The notes beneath the pieces are model-generated. The model saw only the letters and a list, made by a program, of their open reading frames with translations. It had not been told where the DNA came from and ran no database searches. Shown here one piece after another: positions 49,567 to 58,897 of a stretch of DNA of 64,000 nt. The position numbers and the translations under genes were made by a program. Numbering within the stretch: the first letter of the stretch is position 1; each line of letters begins with the position of its first letter. The DNA is from Eubacteriales bacterium (lineage in GTDB: Bacteria > Bacillota > Clostridia > Oscillospirales > CAG-272): contig JAZQWL010000020.1 in the NCBI GenBank assembly GCA_045632305.1, forward strand, positions 677 through 64,676, read 5' to 3'.

Positions 49567-50760
49567 ATGAAAATTCTGGTTATCAATGCCGGAAGCAGCT
49601 CCCTCAAATATCAGCTTTTTGATATGGAGAACGGCAACGTTCTCGCAAGAGGTCTCTGTGAAAAGATCGGACTTACCGGCGCTATCACTCACAAGCGTCC
49701 CGGCAAGGAAAATTACGCAACAGATCATCCGATGCCCACTCACAACGAAGCTATCGCTCTTGTGCTCAAGCTTCTCACAGACCCCGAGCTCGGAGTTATT
49801 TCAAGCGTTGACGAAATCTCCGCCGTAGGTCACAGATTCGCGCACGGCGGCAAGATCACAAAATCCTGCGTTCTCGGTGAAGAGGAGCTCAAGTACATTG
49901 AATCCATCATCCCGATCAATCCCCTTCACGGCCCGCCCGCACTCAAGGGTGTAGCGGCATGCAAGGCAATTATGCCTGACAAGACAATGGTTGGTGTATT
50001 CGATACATCCTTCTACTCCGGCTTTGACAAGAAGACTTATATGTACGCACTCCCCTACGAGTGGTATGAAAAGTACGGTGTTCGTCGCTACGGCTTCCAC
50101 GGAACGTCTCACAGATTCGTTTCCGCAAAGGCGTGCGAGTTCCTCGGCCTTGACTACAACACAACTAAGATAGTTTCCTGCCACATCGGCTCCGGCTCCT
50201 CTATTACAGCCGTTGCAAACGGTAAGGCAGTTGATACATCCCTCGGCTTCACCCCTCAGGAAGGTTTGCCCATGGGTACAAGATGCGGTTCTATCGACCC
50301 CTCGATCGTTCCCTACATCATCGAGCAGACAGGCATGTCCGCTGCAGAGGTTAACGATATCATGAACAAGAAGTCCGGTCTTCTTGGTGTATCCGGTGTT
50401 TCCAACGACGCTCGTGACGTTTGGGTAGCTGCTGACGCAGGCAACGAAAGAGCAAAGCTCGCTATGGACCTCCTCGTTCACAACGCAAAGAAGATCGTCG
50501 GCTCCTACGTAGCTGAAATGAACGGCATCGACGTTCTCATCTTCACAGCAGGTCTTGGTGAAAACGACCGTTTGGTTCGTGAAATGGTTTGCGAAAACAT
50601 GGAATTCTTCGGAATTGAATTCGACAAGGAATGGAATATGACTTGTCCTCGTGGTGAAAACACAGTTCTCTCCACTCCCGACTCCAAGGTTAAGGTCGTT
50701 GTAATCCCCACAGACGAGGAATACATGATCGCCTCCGACACATACGAGCTTGTAAAGTAA
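49567..50760 (+). CDS. ackA: Acetate/propionate kinase
   Basis: NAGSSSLK, GHR, PLH, FDT, RRYGFHGTSH, GTRCG, TAG-x-GEN, PTDEE. Confidence 0.93.
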   Translation: MKILVINAGSSSLKYQLFDMENGNVLARGLCEKIGLTGAITHKRPGKENYATDHPMPTHNEAIALVLKLLTDPELGVISSVDEISAVGHRFAHGGKITKSCVLGEEELKYIESIIPINPLHGPPALKGVAACKAIMPDKTMVGVFDTSFYSGFDKKTYMYALPYEWYEKYGVRRYGFHGTSHRFVSAKACEFLGLDYNTTKIVSCHIGSGSSITAVANGKAVDTSLGFTPQEGLPMGTRCGSIDPSIVPYIIEQTGMSAAEVNDIMNKKSGLLGVSGVSNDARDVWVAADAGNERAKLAMDLLVHNAKKIVGSYVAEMNGIDVLIFTAGLGENDRLVREMVCENMEFFGIEFDKEWNMTCPRGENTVLSTPDSKVKVVVIPTDEEYMIASDTYELVK

Positions 50761-50844
50761 GCTCCCCCACTTAGTAAATACTTTTTAGTATTTAAATAAA
50801 TCGGTTTTTTAAAAAATTTTTATATTTGAAAGGACGAAAACAAA

Positions 50845-51666
50845 ATGGCACAGTCTTCTTTTGAAATCAAAAAGGAAATCTGCGACATAGGTAAGAGAAT
50901 CTATGATCACGGTTTCGTAGCAGCAAACGACGGTAACATCTCCGTTAAGGTAGGACCTAACGAGTTCTACTGCACACCTACAGGTGTATCCAAGGGTTAC
51001 ATGACACCCGACATGATCATCAAGGTTGACGCTGAAGGTAACAAGCTCGACGGTAGACTTAATCCTTCCTCCGAAATCAAGATGCACATGAGAGTCTACA
51101 GAGAAAGACCCGACGTTAACGCAGTTGTACACGCTCACCCCCCTGTAGCTACAGCTTTCACAGTAGCAGGCGTTGAGCTCGACCAGTACATCCTCCCCGA
51201 AGCAATCCTCACAATCGGTAACGTTCCCACATGTGACTACGGTATGCCCTCCACAATGGAAATTCCCGATTCCCTTATGCCCTACATTCAGAAGCACGAT
51301 GCATTCCTTCTTAAGAACCACGGCGCTCTTACAGTAGGTAACACTCTTCTCAGAGCATGCTTCACAATGGAAGAAGTTGAATTCAACGCAAAGATCAACC
51401 TCTTCGCTCGTCAGATCGGCGCAGGCGCTAACAGCCGCATCGATGAAATTTCTTGCTACGAGCTTGAACGCCTTATGGAACTCCGCAAGAAGATGGGTCT
51501 TCCCGGTAAGCACCCCGGTTGTAAGTCTTGTCCTAACAACGGCACATCCAACTGCAAGTGCAAGGACAACGGCGGCAGCTGCAACTGCGGTAGCCACACA
51601 AAGCCCCAGGGTGACGACCTTGTAGCTGACATCACAAGAAAGGTTCTCGCTGCTCTCGGTAAATAA
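50845..51666 (+). CDS. Class II aldolase (probable L-fuculose-1-phosphate aldolase) with C-terminal encapsulation peptide
   Basis: DGNIS, TPTG-x-SKG, PSSE-x-x-MH, HAH, NHG; tail DLVADITRKVLAAL. Confidence 0.88.
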   Translation: MAQSSFEIKKEICDIGKRIYDHGFVAANDGNISVKVGPNEFYCTPTGVSKGYMTPDMIIKVDAEGNKLDGRLNPSSEIKMHMRVYRERPDVNAVVHAHPPVATAFTVAGVELDQYILPEAILTIGNVPTCDYGMPSTMEIPDSLMPYIQKHDAFLLKNHGALTVGNTLLRACFTMEEVEFNAKINLFARQIGAGANSRIDEISCYELERLMELRKKMGLPGKHPGCKSCPNNGTSNCKCKDNGGSCNCGSHTKPQGDDLVADITRKVLAALGK

Positions 51667-51729
51667 TTCGATGGCGAAAGCTTCATTTATTATTAAATAA
51701 CGAATTTTTTGAAAGGAGCGTCCGAAGAC

Positions 51730-53190
51730 ATGATAAACAATCTTACAGAGGCACAGGTTCGTGAAATCGTTTCAAGAGTTGTGTCCGAGTATAACAAGCC
51801 CACTCCCGCGGCACCCGCTAAGGATTGGGATGCTACGCAGTATCACGGACGCAAGCTCATCGGTATTTACGCGACAATGGAAGAAGCTATTGACGCGGCA
51901 AATAAGGGATATAAAGCAGTTCGCGCTATGTCCGTAGCAGAACGTGAAAAAATCGTTACAGCGATCCGTGAGCTCACAAGAGCTGAGGCAAGAAACATGG
52001 CAGCCCTCGGTGTTGCTGAAACAAAAATGGGTAGAGTTGACCACAAGTATGCAAAGCATCTTCTCGTGGCTGACAAGACACCCGGTACCGAAGATATCGT
52101 ATCTGAAGCTAAGACAGGTGATAACGGTCTTACACTTACAGAAATGGCTCCCTTCGGTGTAGTTGGTGCTATCACACCCTCTACAAACCCCTCGGAAACG
52201 GTAATCTGCAACAGTATCGGTATGATCGTTGCGGGCAACGGCGTTGTATTCAACCCCCACCCCGGCGCGATCGCAACATCCAACTATGCAGTTGACCTTG
52301 TTAACCGCGCAGTCAGATCTGCAGGCGGCCCCGAGGTTTTGGTTGCAAGTGTAGTTAAGCCCACACTTGACACCGCAAACGTAATGTACAAGCATCCTTT
52401 GATCAAGCTCCTCGTATGTACGGGCGGCCCCGGCGTTGTAAAGGCAGTTCTTTCCTCCGGCAAGAAGGCAATCGGCGCAGGCGCGGGCAATCCCCCCGTT
52501 ATCGTAGACGATACGGCTGATATCGATAAGGCGGCTAAGGATATTATTGACGGATGCACGTTCGACAACAACCTTCCCTGCATCGCAGAAAAGGAAGTGT
52601 TCGTATTCGACAACGTTGCAGACAGACTCATTGCAGGTATGATTAAGGCAGGATGCTACAAGCTCACACGTGAGCAGGCAGATAAGCTCGCATCCGTAGT
52701 TCTTGATAAGAAGGAAAACCCCAAGACAGGTAAGATCTCTTACGCTGTTAACCGTGACTGTGTTGGACGTGACGCGGCAGTTCTTCTTTCGAAGATCGGC
52801 ATAAACGTTGGTCCCGAGATCCGTTGCGCGATCGCTGAGGTTCCCTTCGACCACCTCTTCGTTCAGGAAGAGCTTATGATGCCGATCCTCGGTATCGTTC
52901 GCGTACGCGACATTGACGAAGCCATCGATCTCGCAGTTAAGGCAGAGCATGGCAACCGTCATACAGCACACATGCACTCCAAGAACATTGACAACCTTAC
53001 AAGATTTGCAAGAGAGGTTGAAACTACTATCTTCGTTAAGAACGCGCCCTCCTATGCCGGCATCGGCTTCGGCGGCGAAGGTCATGCAACGTTTACGATT
53101 GCAGGTCCTACGGGCGAAGGTATTACGTCCGCTCGCAGCTTTACAAGAAAGAGACGCTGCGTAATGGTGGACAACTTCAGAATTATCTGA
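51730..53190 (+). CDS. pduP: CoA-acylating aldehyde dehydrogenase (PduP/EutE family)
   Basis: PSTNP, TGG, GAGNPP, FDNNLPCIAEK, ELMMP, EHG-x-x-HTA, PTGEG; N-terminal encapsulation peptide. Confidence 0.88.
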   Translation: MINNLTEAQVREIVSRVVSEYNKPTPAAPAKDWDATQYHGRKLIGIYATMEEAIDAANKGYKAVRAMSVAEREKIVTAIRELTRAEARNMAALGVAETKMGRVDHKYAKHLLVADKTPGTEDIVSEAKTGDNGLTLTEMAPFGVVGAITPSTNPSETVICNSIGMIVAGNGVVFNPHPGAIATSNYAVDLVNRAVRSAGGPEVLVASVVKPTLDTANVMYKHPLIKLLVCTGGPGVVKAVLSSGKKAIGAGAGNPPVIVDDTADIDKAAKDIIDGCTFDNNLPCIAEKEVFVFDNVADRLIAGMIKAGCYKLTREQADKLASVVLDKKENPKTGKISYAVNRDCVGRDAAVLLSKIGINVGPEIRCAIAEVPFDHLFVQEELMMPILGIVRVRDIDEAIDLAVKAEHGNRHTAHMHSKNIDNLTRFAREVETTIFVKNAPSYAGIGFGGEGHATFTIAGPTGEGITSARSFTRKRRCVMVDNFRII

Positions 53191-53218
53191 TAGAATCTCA
53201 CGAAAGGAAATTGATAAA

Positions 53219-54442
53219 ATGGATATTTCTGCTTCCCAGATCGAAAGCATCGTAAGAAGCGTGATCCAGTCCATGGGTGTTTCCTCAGCTCCTGCAGCAG
53301 GCAACATTCCCAAGACAGCTCACGTAGCAATGCTTACAGGTCCCAAGAAAATTGAAGTGAAGGAATTCCCCATCCCCGAGCTCGGCGATAACGACATTCT
53401 CGTTAAGGTTGAAGGCGCGGGCGTATGCGGAACTGACGTTCACGAATGGAAGATGGACCCGTTCGGACTTATCCCCGTTATCCTCGGTCACGAGGGTACA
53501 GGTGAGGTAGTAGCCGTTGGTAAAAACGTAAAGGTTGATACCGCAGGCAAGCCCCTCAAGGTTGGCGATAAGATCGTAACATCCGTTACAAACTGCGGCG
53601 AATGCTATGCATGCCGCATGACCCCCGGTAGAACAAACCTCTGTGACAATCAGGGTGTATTTGGTCTTATCGGTGATAACAGAGGTCAGGCAGAGGGCAA
53701 CCGTCTCAACGGTTGGTTCGCTGACTACATGGTAATTAAGGGCGGTTACGGAATTACATATTTCCAGGTTAACGACTTAAATCTCAAGCAGAGAATGATT
53801 CTCGAGCTTGCTTGCGTATGTGTTCACGCACTTGAAAGAGCACAGTCCACAGGACTTCTCAACTTCGGCTCCAAGGTTCTCCTTCAGGGCTGCGGTCCCG
53901 TAGGTCTTACAATGATCACAGTACTCAGAGCTGCAGGTATCAACCACATTATCGCTGTCGACGGTAACGAAGACCGCCTTAAGGTTGCGCAGAGAATGGG
54001 TGCTAAGACAACTATCTGCTTCAAGCGTCCCGATGAAGACACACTTGAAAAGAGAGTTGCAAAGGTTAAAGAGGTTGCAAACGGCGTAGGCGTTGATTTC
54101 GCATTCCAGTGCACAGGCGCTCCCGTAGCAGCTGCTGATATCTACAGCTTTATCCGTCGTGGCGGCGGTATGTGCGAAATGGGCTTCTTCGTAAACAACG
54201 GAGATTACCAGATCAATCCTCACCTCGCTATGTGTAATAAGGAAATCAACATCGTTGGTTCTTGGGACTACTCCGCTGAGGACTATCCTAAGACAATGGC
54301 ATTCTTGCATCAGTGTGAAGAGATGAACATTCCGATCGAGGAACTCATCACACACTCCTTCCCTCTTGACAAGATGAACGAAGCTATGGAAACAAACGTA
54401 GCTCAGAAGGGCATCAAGATTTGCTACATCAACGATAAATAA
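53219..54442 (+). CDS. Zinc-dependent (MDR) alcohol dehydrogenase with N-terminal encapsulation peptide
   Basis: CGTD, GHE, CGECYAC...C, G-x-GPVG. Confidence 0.88.
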   Translation: MDISASQIESIVRSVIQSMGVSSAPAAGNIPKTAHVAMLTGPKKIEVKEFPIPELGDNDILVKVEGAGVCGTDVHEWKMDPFGLIPVILGHEGTGEVVAVGKNVKVDTAGKPLKVGDKIVTSVTNCGECYACRMTPGRTNLCDNQGVFGLIGDNRGQAEGNRLNGWFADYMVIKGGYGITYFQVNDLNLKQRMILELACVCVHALERAQSTGLLNFGSKVLLQGCGPVGLTMITVLRAAGINHIIAVDGNEDRLKVAQRMGAKTTICFKRPDEDTLEKRVAKVKEVANGVGVDFAFQCTGAPVAAADIYSFIRRGGGMCEMGFFVNNGDYQINPHLAMCNKEINIVGSWDYSAEDYPKTMAFLHQCEEMNIPIEELITHSFPLDKMNEAMETNVAQKGIKICYINDK

Positions 54443-54457
54443 TCGAGGTTGTAATAT

Positions 54458-54799
54458 ATGGCAGCTCTCGGTATGATTGAGGTTTATGGCTACGCGACCT
54501 CAATAGTAATCGCAGACTTGGTGGCAAAGACCGCCAACGTTAAGGTCGTGGCTATCGACAAGCACAAGCCCGGCAAGCCCGATGAATGTCCCATTCCGCT
54601 TATTATGGCGGTTAAGTTCGAGGGTGATGCAGGTGCGGTGCGCTCCGCTCTTGACGCCGCAGTTGAAGAGGCACAGCGCAGAAATCTCTACGTAACGTCC
54701 TCCTTCATCGCAGGACTTGACGAACGCGTTCAGTGGTTCGCAACTCTTAAGGCAACGGGCAAAGATAAGCTCAGAAACATGGACATCACAAACGATTGA
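54458..54799 (+). CDS. BMC shell hexamer protein (divergent)
   Basis: ALGMIEV-x-G...AD-x-x-x-KTANV...GD-x-x-AV. Confidence 0.8.
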   Translation: MAALGMIEVYGYATSIVIADLVAKTANVKVVAIDKHKPGKPDECPIPLIMAVKFEGDAGAVRSALDAAVEEAQRRNLYVTSSFIAGLDERVQWFATLKATGKDKLRNMDITND

Positions 54800-54854
54800 T
54801 CCATAACACAAATTAAAAATAATAAAAAGTTATATTTAAAGGAGATTTAACATC

Positions 54855-55130
54855 ATGAAAGAAGCACTTGGTATGGTTGAAACAAGAGGTCTTGTAGCTG
54901 CAATTGAAGCTGCAGATGCTATGGTTAAGGCAGCAAACGTAGAACTTATCGGTTCTGAAAAGATCGGTTCCGGTCTCGTATCCGTTATGGTTCGCGGCGA
55001 CGTTGGCGCAGTTAAGGCAGCAGTTGAAGCAGGTGGCGCAGCAGCTTCCAGACTCGGCGAAGTTATCGCTACACACGTTATTCCCAGACCCCACACAGAC
55101 GTTGATAAGCTTCTCCCTGTTCTTAAGTAA
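54855..55130 (+). CDS. BMC shell hexamer protein (PduA/EutM-like)
   Basis: [38 protein letters not shown]. Confidence 0.96.
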   Translation: MKEALGMVETRGLVAAIEAADAMVKAANVELIGSEKIGSGLVSVMVRGDVGAVKAAVEAGGAAASRLGEVIATHVIPRPHTDVDKLLPVLK

Positions 55131-55162
55131 TTTCAAATTTTCAGTAAAGGAAGAACTTAATT

Positions 55163-55447
55163 ATGGAAAAGGCTATTGCGTTGCTTGAAGTCCGCGCTAT
55201 GGTTGCTGCTATAGCAGGTCTTGACGCGATGGTTAAGACCGCGGATGTAAAACTTATTCATGTCGAGAAGCGTCTCGGCGGATGGCTCGTAACGGTTATC
55301 GTTGAGGGCTCCGTTTCCGCTTGTACCGCTGCCCTCGAAGCAGGTAAGGTGGCGGCATCAGCTGTCGGTCGTGTGTATAACGCAGAAGTAATCGCTCGTC
55401 CTCACTCCGACATTATGCAATTCATAAAGACCGATCCCGGTGTATAA
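55163..55447 (+). CDS. BMC shell hexamer protein (divergent)
   Basis: LLE...DAMVKTADV...G-x-V-x-A...IARPH. Confidence 0.88.
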   Translation: MEKAIALLEVRAMVAAIAGLDAMVKTADVKLIHVEKRLGGWLVTVIVEGSVSACTAALEAGKVAASAVGRVYNAEVIARPHSDIMQFIKTDPGV

Positions 55448-55507
55448 CACCGCTCGGCAAAACAAACTCTAACAAAAATTTTAAAAAAATAAAAGGAGAT
55501 TACACTC

Positions 55508-55783
55508 ATGAACGAAGCACTTGGTATGGTTGAAACAAGAGGTCTTGTAGCTGCAATTGAAGCTGCAGATGCTATGGTTAAGGCAGCAAACGTTGAACTC
55601 ATCGGTTCTGAAAAGATCGGTTCCGGTCTCGTATCCGTTATGGTTCGCGGCGACGTTGGCGCAGTTAAGGCAGCAGTTGAAGCAGGCGGAGCGGCAGCTT
55701 CCAGACTCGGCGAAGTTATCGCTACACACGTTATTCCCAGACCCCACACAGACGTTAACAAGCTTCTTCCTAAGCTCGGTTAA
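55508..55783 (+). CDS. BMC shell hexamer protein (PduA/EutM-like), near-identical copy of 54855-55130
   Basis: Same motifs; 4 of 91 residues differ. Confidence 0.96.
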   Translation: MNEALGMVETRGLVAAIEAADAMVKAANVELIGSEKIGSGLVSVMVRGDVGAVKAAVEAGGAAASRLGEVIATHVIPRPHTDVNKLLPKLG

Positions 55784-55945
55784 TTTTAAATACTGGTGGA
55801 ACATGCGTGTCTTGCTCGGATATTTCCGAGCAAGACACCACACAAAAGTTACTTTCGTATCTTTAGTATAAATTATGGAAGGAAATTTCACGGTTTATTC
55901 CGAAGATATGAAAATAACGTCATTAAATGAAAGGTAGATTTTAAC

Positions 55946-56599
55946 ATGGATATCACAGCAAAAGACATCGCCGAAATCGTAAAGAAGGTTATCTCCGAGG
56001 TTCAGTCCGAGGGTAACTCCGGCAACGAGATCCCCGTTGGTATTTCCAACAGACACATTCATTTAAATAAAGCAGACCTTGAAACACTCTTCGGTCCCGG
56101 CTACGAGCTTACTCCTATCAAGGATCTCTCCCAGCCCGGTCAGTACGCGTGCAAGGAAACCTTGACACTTGTAGGCCCTTCCATGAGAGCCATTGAAGGC
56201 GTTCGCGTTCTCGGTCCTCTCCGTAAGACGAGCCAGGTTGAAATTTCCGTTACAGATTCCTTTGTTCTCAAGGTTAAGCCCCCTGTAAGAGAATCCGGTA
56301 AGATCGAGGGCTCCGCTCCCGTAACTATCATCGGCCCTAAGGGTACAGTAACTCTTAAGGAAGGTTGCATTATCGCAAACAGACATATTCACATGAGTCC
56401 CGACGATGCCGCTCGCTTCGGTGTTAAGGATAACGATTACATTGACGTTGACGCATTCTCAGGCACAAAGAGGACTCGTTGGTTCGGCGTTCAGGTAAGA
56501 GTTCACAAGGACTTCCGCCTTGAGATGCACGTTGACACAGACGATGCGAATGCTGTTGGCTTCAAGAACGGAAGCACCGTAACGGTAGTTAAGAACTGA
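55946..56599 (+). CDS. pduL: Phosphate propanoyltransferase
   Basis: SNRHIHL, LSQPGQY, VRVLGP-x-R, RHIHM, MHVDTDDANA; N-terminal encapsulation peptide. Confidence 0.93.
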   Translation: MDITAKDIAEIVKKVISEVQSEGNSGNEIPVGISNRHIHLNKADLETLFGPGYELTPIKDLSQPGQYACKETLTLVGPSMRAIEGVRVLGPLRKTSQVEISVTDSFVLKVKPPVRESGKIEGSAPVTIIGPKGTVTLKEGCIIANRHIHMSPDDAARFGVKDNDYIDVDAFSGTKRTRWFGVQVRVHKDFRLEMHVDTDDANAVGFKNGSTVTVVKN

Positions 56600-56621
56600 T
56601 TCAATTTGAAAGGATATAAAA

Positions 56622-56885
56622 ATGTTAAAAGGTAAAGTTGTTGGAACGATAGTATCCACAAACAAGCTCGACAAGCTCGTTGGCTACAAGTTCCTTGAAG
56701 TTAGAATTATCGAAAACAATGTTTTGACAGACAAGTACGTAGTTGCGGTTGACAGAATGGTCAGCGCAGGTATCGGCGAAGAAGTGCTTATCACTATGGG
56801 CAGCAGCGCCAGAGAGGCAGTAGGCGACGCTCACTCCCCCGTTGACGCGGTTGTAGTAGGCGTTGTTGATAAAAACCAGAACTAA
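56622..56885 (+). CDS. BMC vertex pentamer (EutN/CcmL/PduN family)
   Basis: G-x-V-x-G-x-x-VST-x-K, AGIGE-x-V, GSSAR, PVDA-x-VVG-x-VD. Confidence 0.94.
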   Translation: MLKGKVVGTIVSTNKLDKLVGYKFLEVRIIENNVLTDKYVVAVDRMVSAGIGEEVLITMGSSAREAVGDAHSPVDAVVVGVVDKNQN

Positions 56886-56925
56886 TTAATAAAAGCATAA
56901 ATTTTCCCCGAAAGGACGCACGTAT

Positions 56926-58269
56926 GTGCGCAAAATAAAAATGTCCGAATTTAATTTAAAATCAATCATGCAAAACGCAAGCATCGTCGGTGCGGGCGGC
57001 GCGGGATTCCCTTCCTTTGCCAAGCTTGCTGACGGCGCTGATACACTCTGCATCAACTGCGCAGAGTGCGAGCCCTTGATGTATACAGACTACATGCTCA
57101 TGCGCGATGAGATGCCCCGCATCGTTGAAGGCGCGCAGATCGTGATGGAAGCAACGGGTATTCGTCATACGTTCATTTCCGTAAAGGAACACAGAGCGCA
57201 CATGCTCGGTCTTTCTGACGGTCAGATCCTCGGTCAGAACGTAAGCGTAAAATATCTTCCCAACGTATACCCCATGGGTGATGAAATCAATCTTATTTAC
57301 GAAACCACAGGAAGAGTCGTTAAGCCCGGTAACCTTCCCATCACGGCAGGCGTTATCGTTCTCAACGGTGAAACCGTTTACAATATTTATAAGGCAGTTC
57401 GCGAGGGTAAGCCCGTTTATGAAAAATGGGTGACCGTAGGCGGAGATATCCCCGAAAGATATACCGTTCGCGTTCCCGTCGGTATGAGAGTTTCCGAGCT
57501 CTTTGAAAAGCTTGGCGTAACAGTTAAGCAAAATCAGGTTCTCATCGACGGCGGCCCTTCGATGGGTAGAATCAAGAATCCTGCCTCCGCGGTTATCACA
57601 AAGACCACAAAGGCGCTCCTCATTCTTCCCGACAACATCAATGCGGTTGCTCACAAGCAGCTCTCCATGGACGACATGCTCCGCCGCGCAGCTTCCTGCT
57701 GCTGCGGATGTAACCGTTGCACAGAGCTCTGCCCCCGTCACCTTCTCGGTTACCCCCTTGAGCCCCACAAGATGATCAGAGCCGCTATGACAAATGCAGT
57801 TGTAGATAATCCCGAGCTCATCAAGACCGCTTCCCTCTGCTGCTCCTGCGGAGTTTGCGCGGAAGCCGCTTGCTGTCAGGATATTTCCCCGAAGGACGTT
57901 ATCTTCCACCTCAAGGGAATCCTTGCAAAGAATAAGATGAGATTCGTTGCGGGTAATGAAAGCTACACTCCCGATCCCGACCGTCAGTATCATATGATAC
58001 CCTCCGAAAAATGGGAAACTATACTCGGTGTTCACAAGTTTGACTTCGTAACAAAGTACATCCCCGAGATGATCCCCGCAAAGAAGGTTGAGATCTTAAT
58101 GTCCCAGCACATCGGCGCTCCTTCCGTTCCCGCAGTGAACGTCGGAGACACGGTTGAAGCAGGTCAGCTCATCGCAAACGTAGGCGCAGGACTTTCCGTT
58201 CCTCAGCACGCCTCAATTTCGGGTAAGGTGGTCTTTGTTGACAATACAAAGATCATTATCGAAGCGTAA
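56926..58269 (+). CDS. pduS: PduS-like Fe-S flavoprotein (RnfC-related)
   Basis: GAGGAGFP, NCAECEP, YPMGDE, GGPSMG, two Cys clusters, C-terminal QHIGAP...HASISG. Confidence 0.85.
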   Translation: MRKIKMSEFNLKSIMQNASIVGAGGAGFPSFAKLADGADTLCINCAECEPLMYTDYMLMRDEMPRIVEGAQIVMEATGIRHTFISVKEHRAHMLGLSDGQILGQNVSVKYLPNVYPMGDEINLIYETTGRVVKPGNLPITAGVIVLNGETVYNIYKAVREGKPVYEKWVTVGGDIPERYTVRVPVGMRVSELFEKLGVTVKQNQVLIDGGPSMGRIKNPASAVITKTTKALLILPDNINAVAHKQLSMDDMLRRAASCCCGCNRCTELCPRHLLGYPLEPHKMIRAAMTNAVVDNPELIKTASLCCSCGVCAEAACCQDISPKDVIFHLKGILAKNKMRFVAGNESYTPDPDRQYHMIPSEKWETILGVHKFDFVTKYIPEMIPAKKVEILMSQHIGAPSVPAVNVGDTVEAGQLIANVGAGLSVPQHASISGKVVFVDNTKIIIEA

Positions 58270-58302
58270 AATCAGAAAATTTAGCAAAGCAGGTAACAAT
58301 AA

Positions 58303-58848
58303 ATGTATCAGGCAATTGGCGTAATTGAACTTAAAAGTATAGCTAAGGGTATTGAAGCTACAGACGCCGCGCTCAAGAGCGCAGGCATCAGTCTCGTATC
58401 CGCGCGCCCCGCATGTCCCGGTAAGTTTGAAATGATCATCACAGGCACTATTTCAAACGTAAGCAGCGCGCTCGACCACGTAAAGGAAAGATTCGGCGAC
58501 AAGCTCGTTGACGCTTCCCTTATGGGACGTATCGATCCCCAGGTCATCACTGCTCTCTTCGGCACACAGGTAGCTGAAAAGAAGGGCAGCTTAGGTATTA
58601 TCGAAACTTATTCCGCGGCAAGCACTATCAAAGCGGCTGATATCGCGGTTAAAACATCCAAGGTTGCTATTTTCGAGCTTCGCGTATCCCGCGGTATGGG
58701 CGGTAAGGGCGTTGTTCTCGTAACAGGTGACGTTGGTGACGTTACAGCAGCAGTTGAGGCGGGCTCCGACTACGCAAAGCAGCAGGGCCTTTACCACAAC
58801 AGCTCCGTTATCGCAGCTCCCCACGAGCTTCTCTGGGAGCAGATCTAA
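58303..58848 (+). CDS. pduT: Tandem-domain BMC shell trimer (PduT-like)
   Basis: SIAKGI, CPGK Fe-S pore motif, GMGGKG; directly after pduS. Confidence 0.88.
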   Translation: MYQAIGVIELKSIAKGIEATDAALKSAGISLVSARPACPGKFEMIITGTISNVSSALDHVKERFGDKLVDASLMGRIDPQVITALFGTQVAEKKGSLGIIETYSAASTIKAADIAVKTSKVAIFELRVSRGMGGKGVVLVTGDVGDVTAAVEAGSDYAKQQGLYHNSSVIAAPHELLWEQI

Positions 58849-58897
58849 AAAACAATTCACGCGATCCCTTTTATTCTATAGAAAGAGATAATTAACT

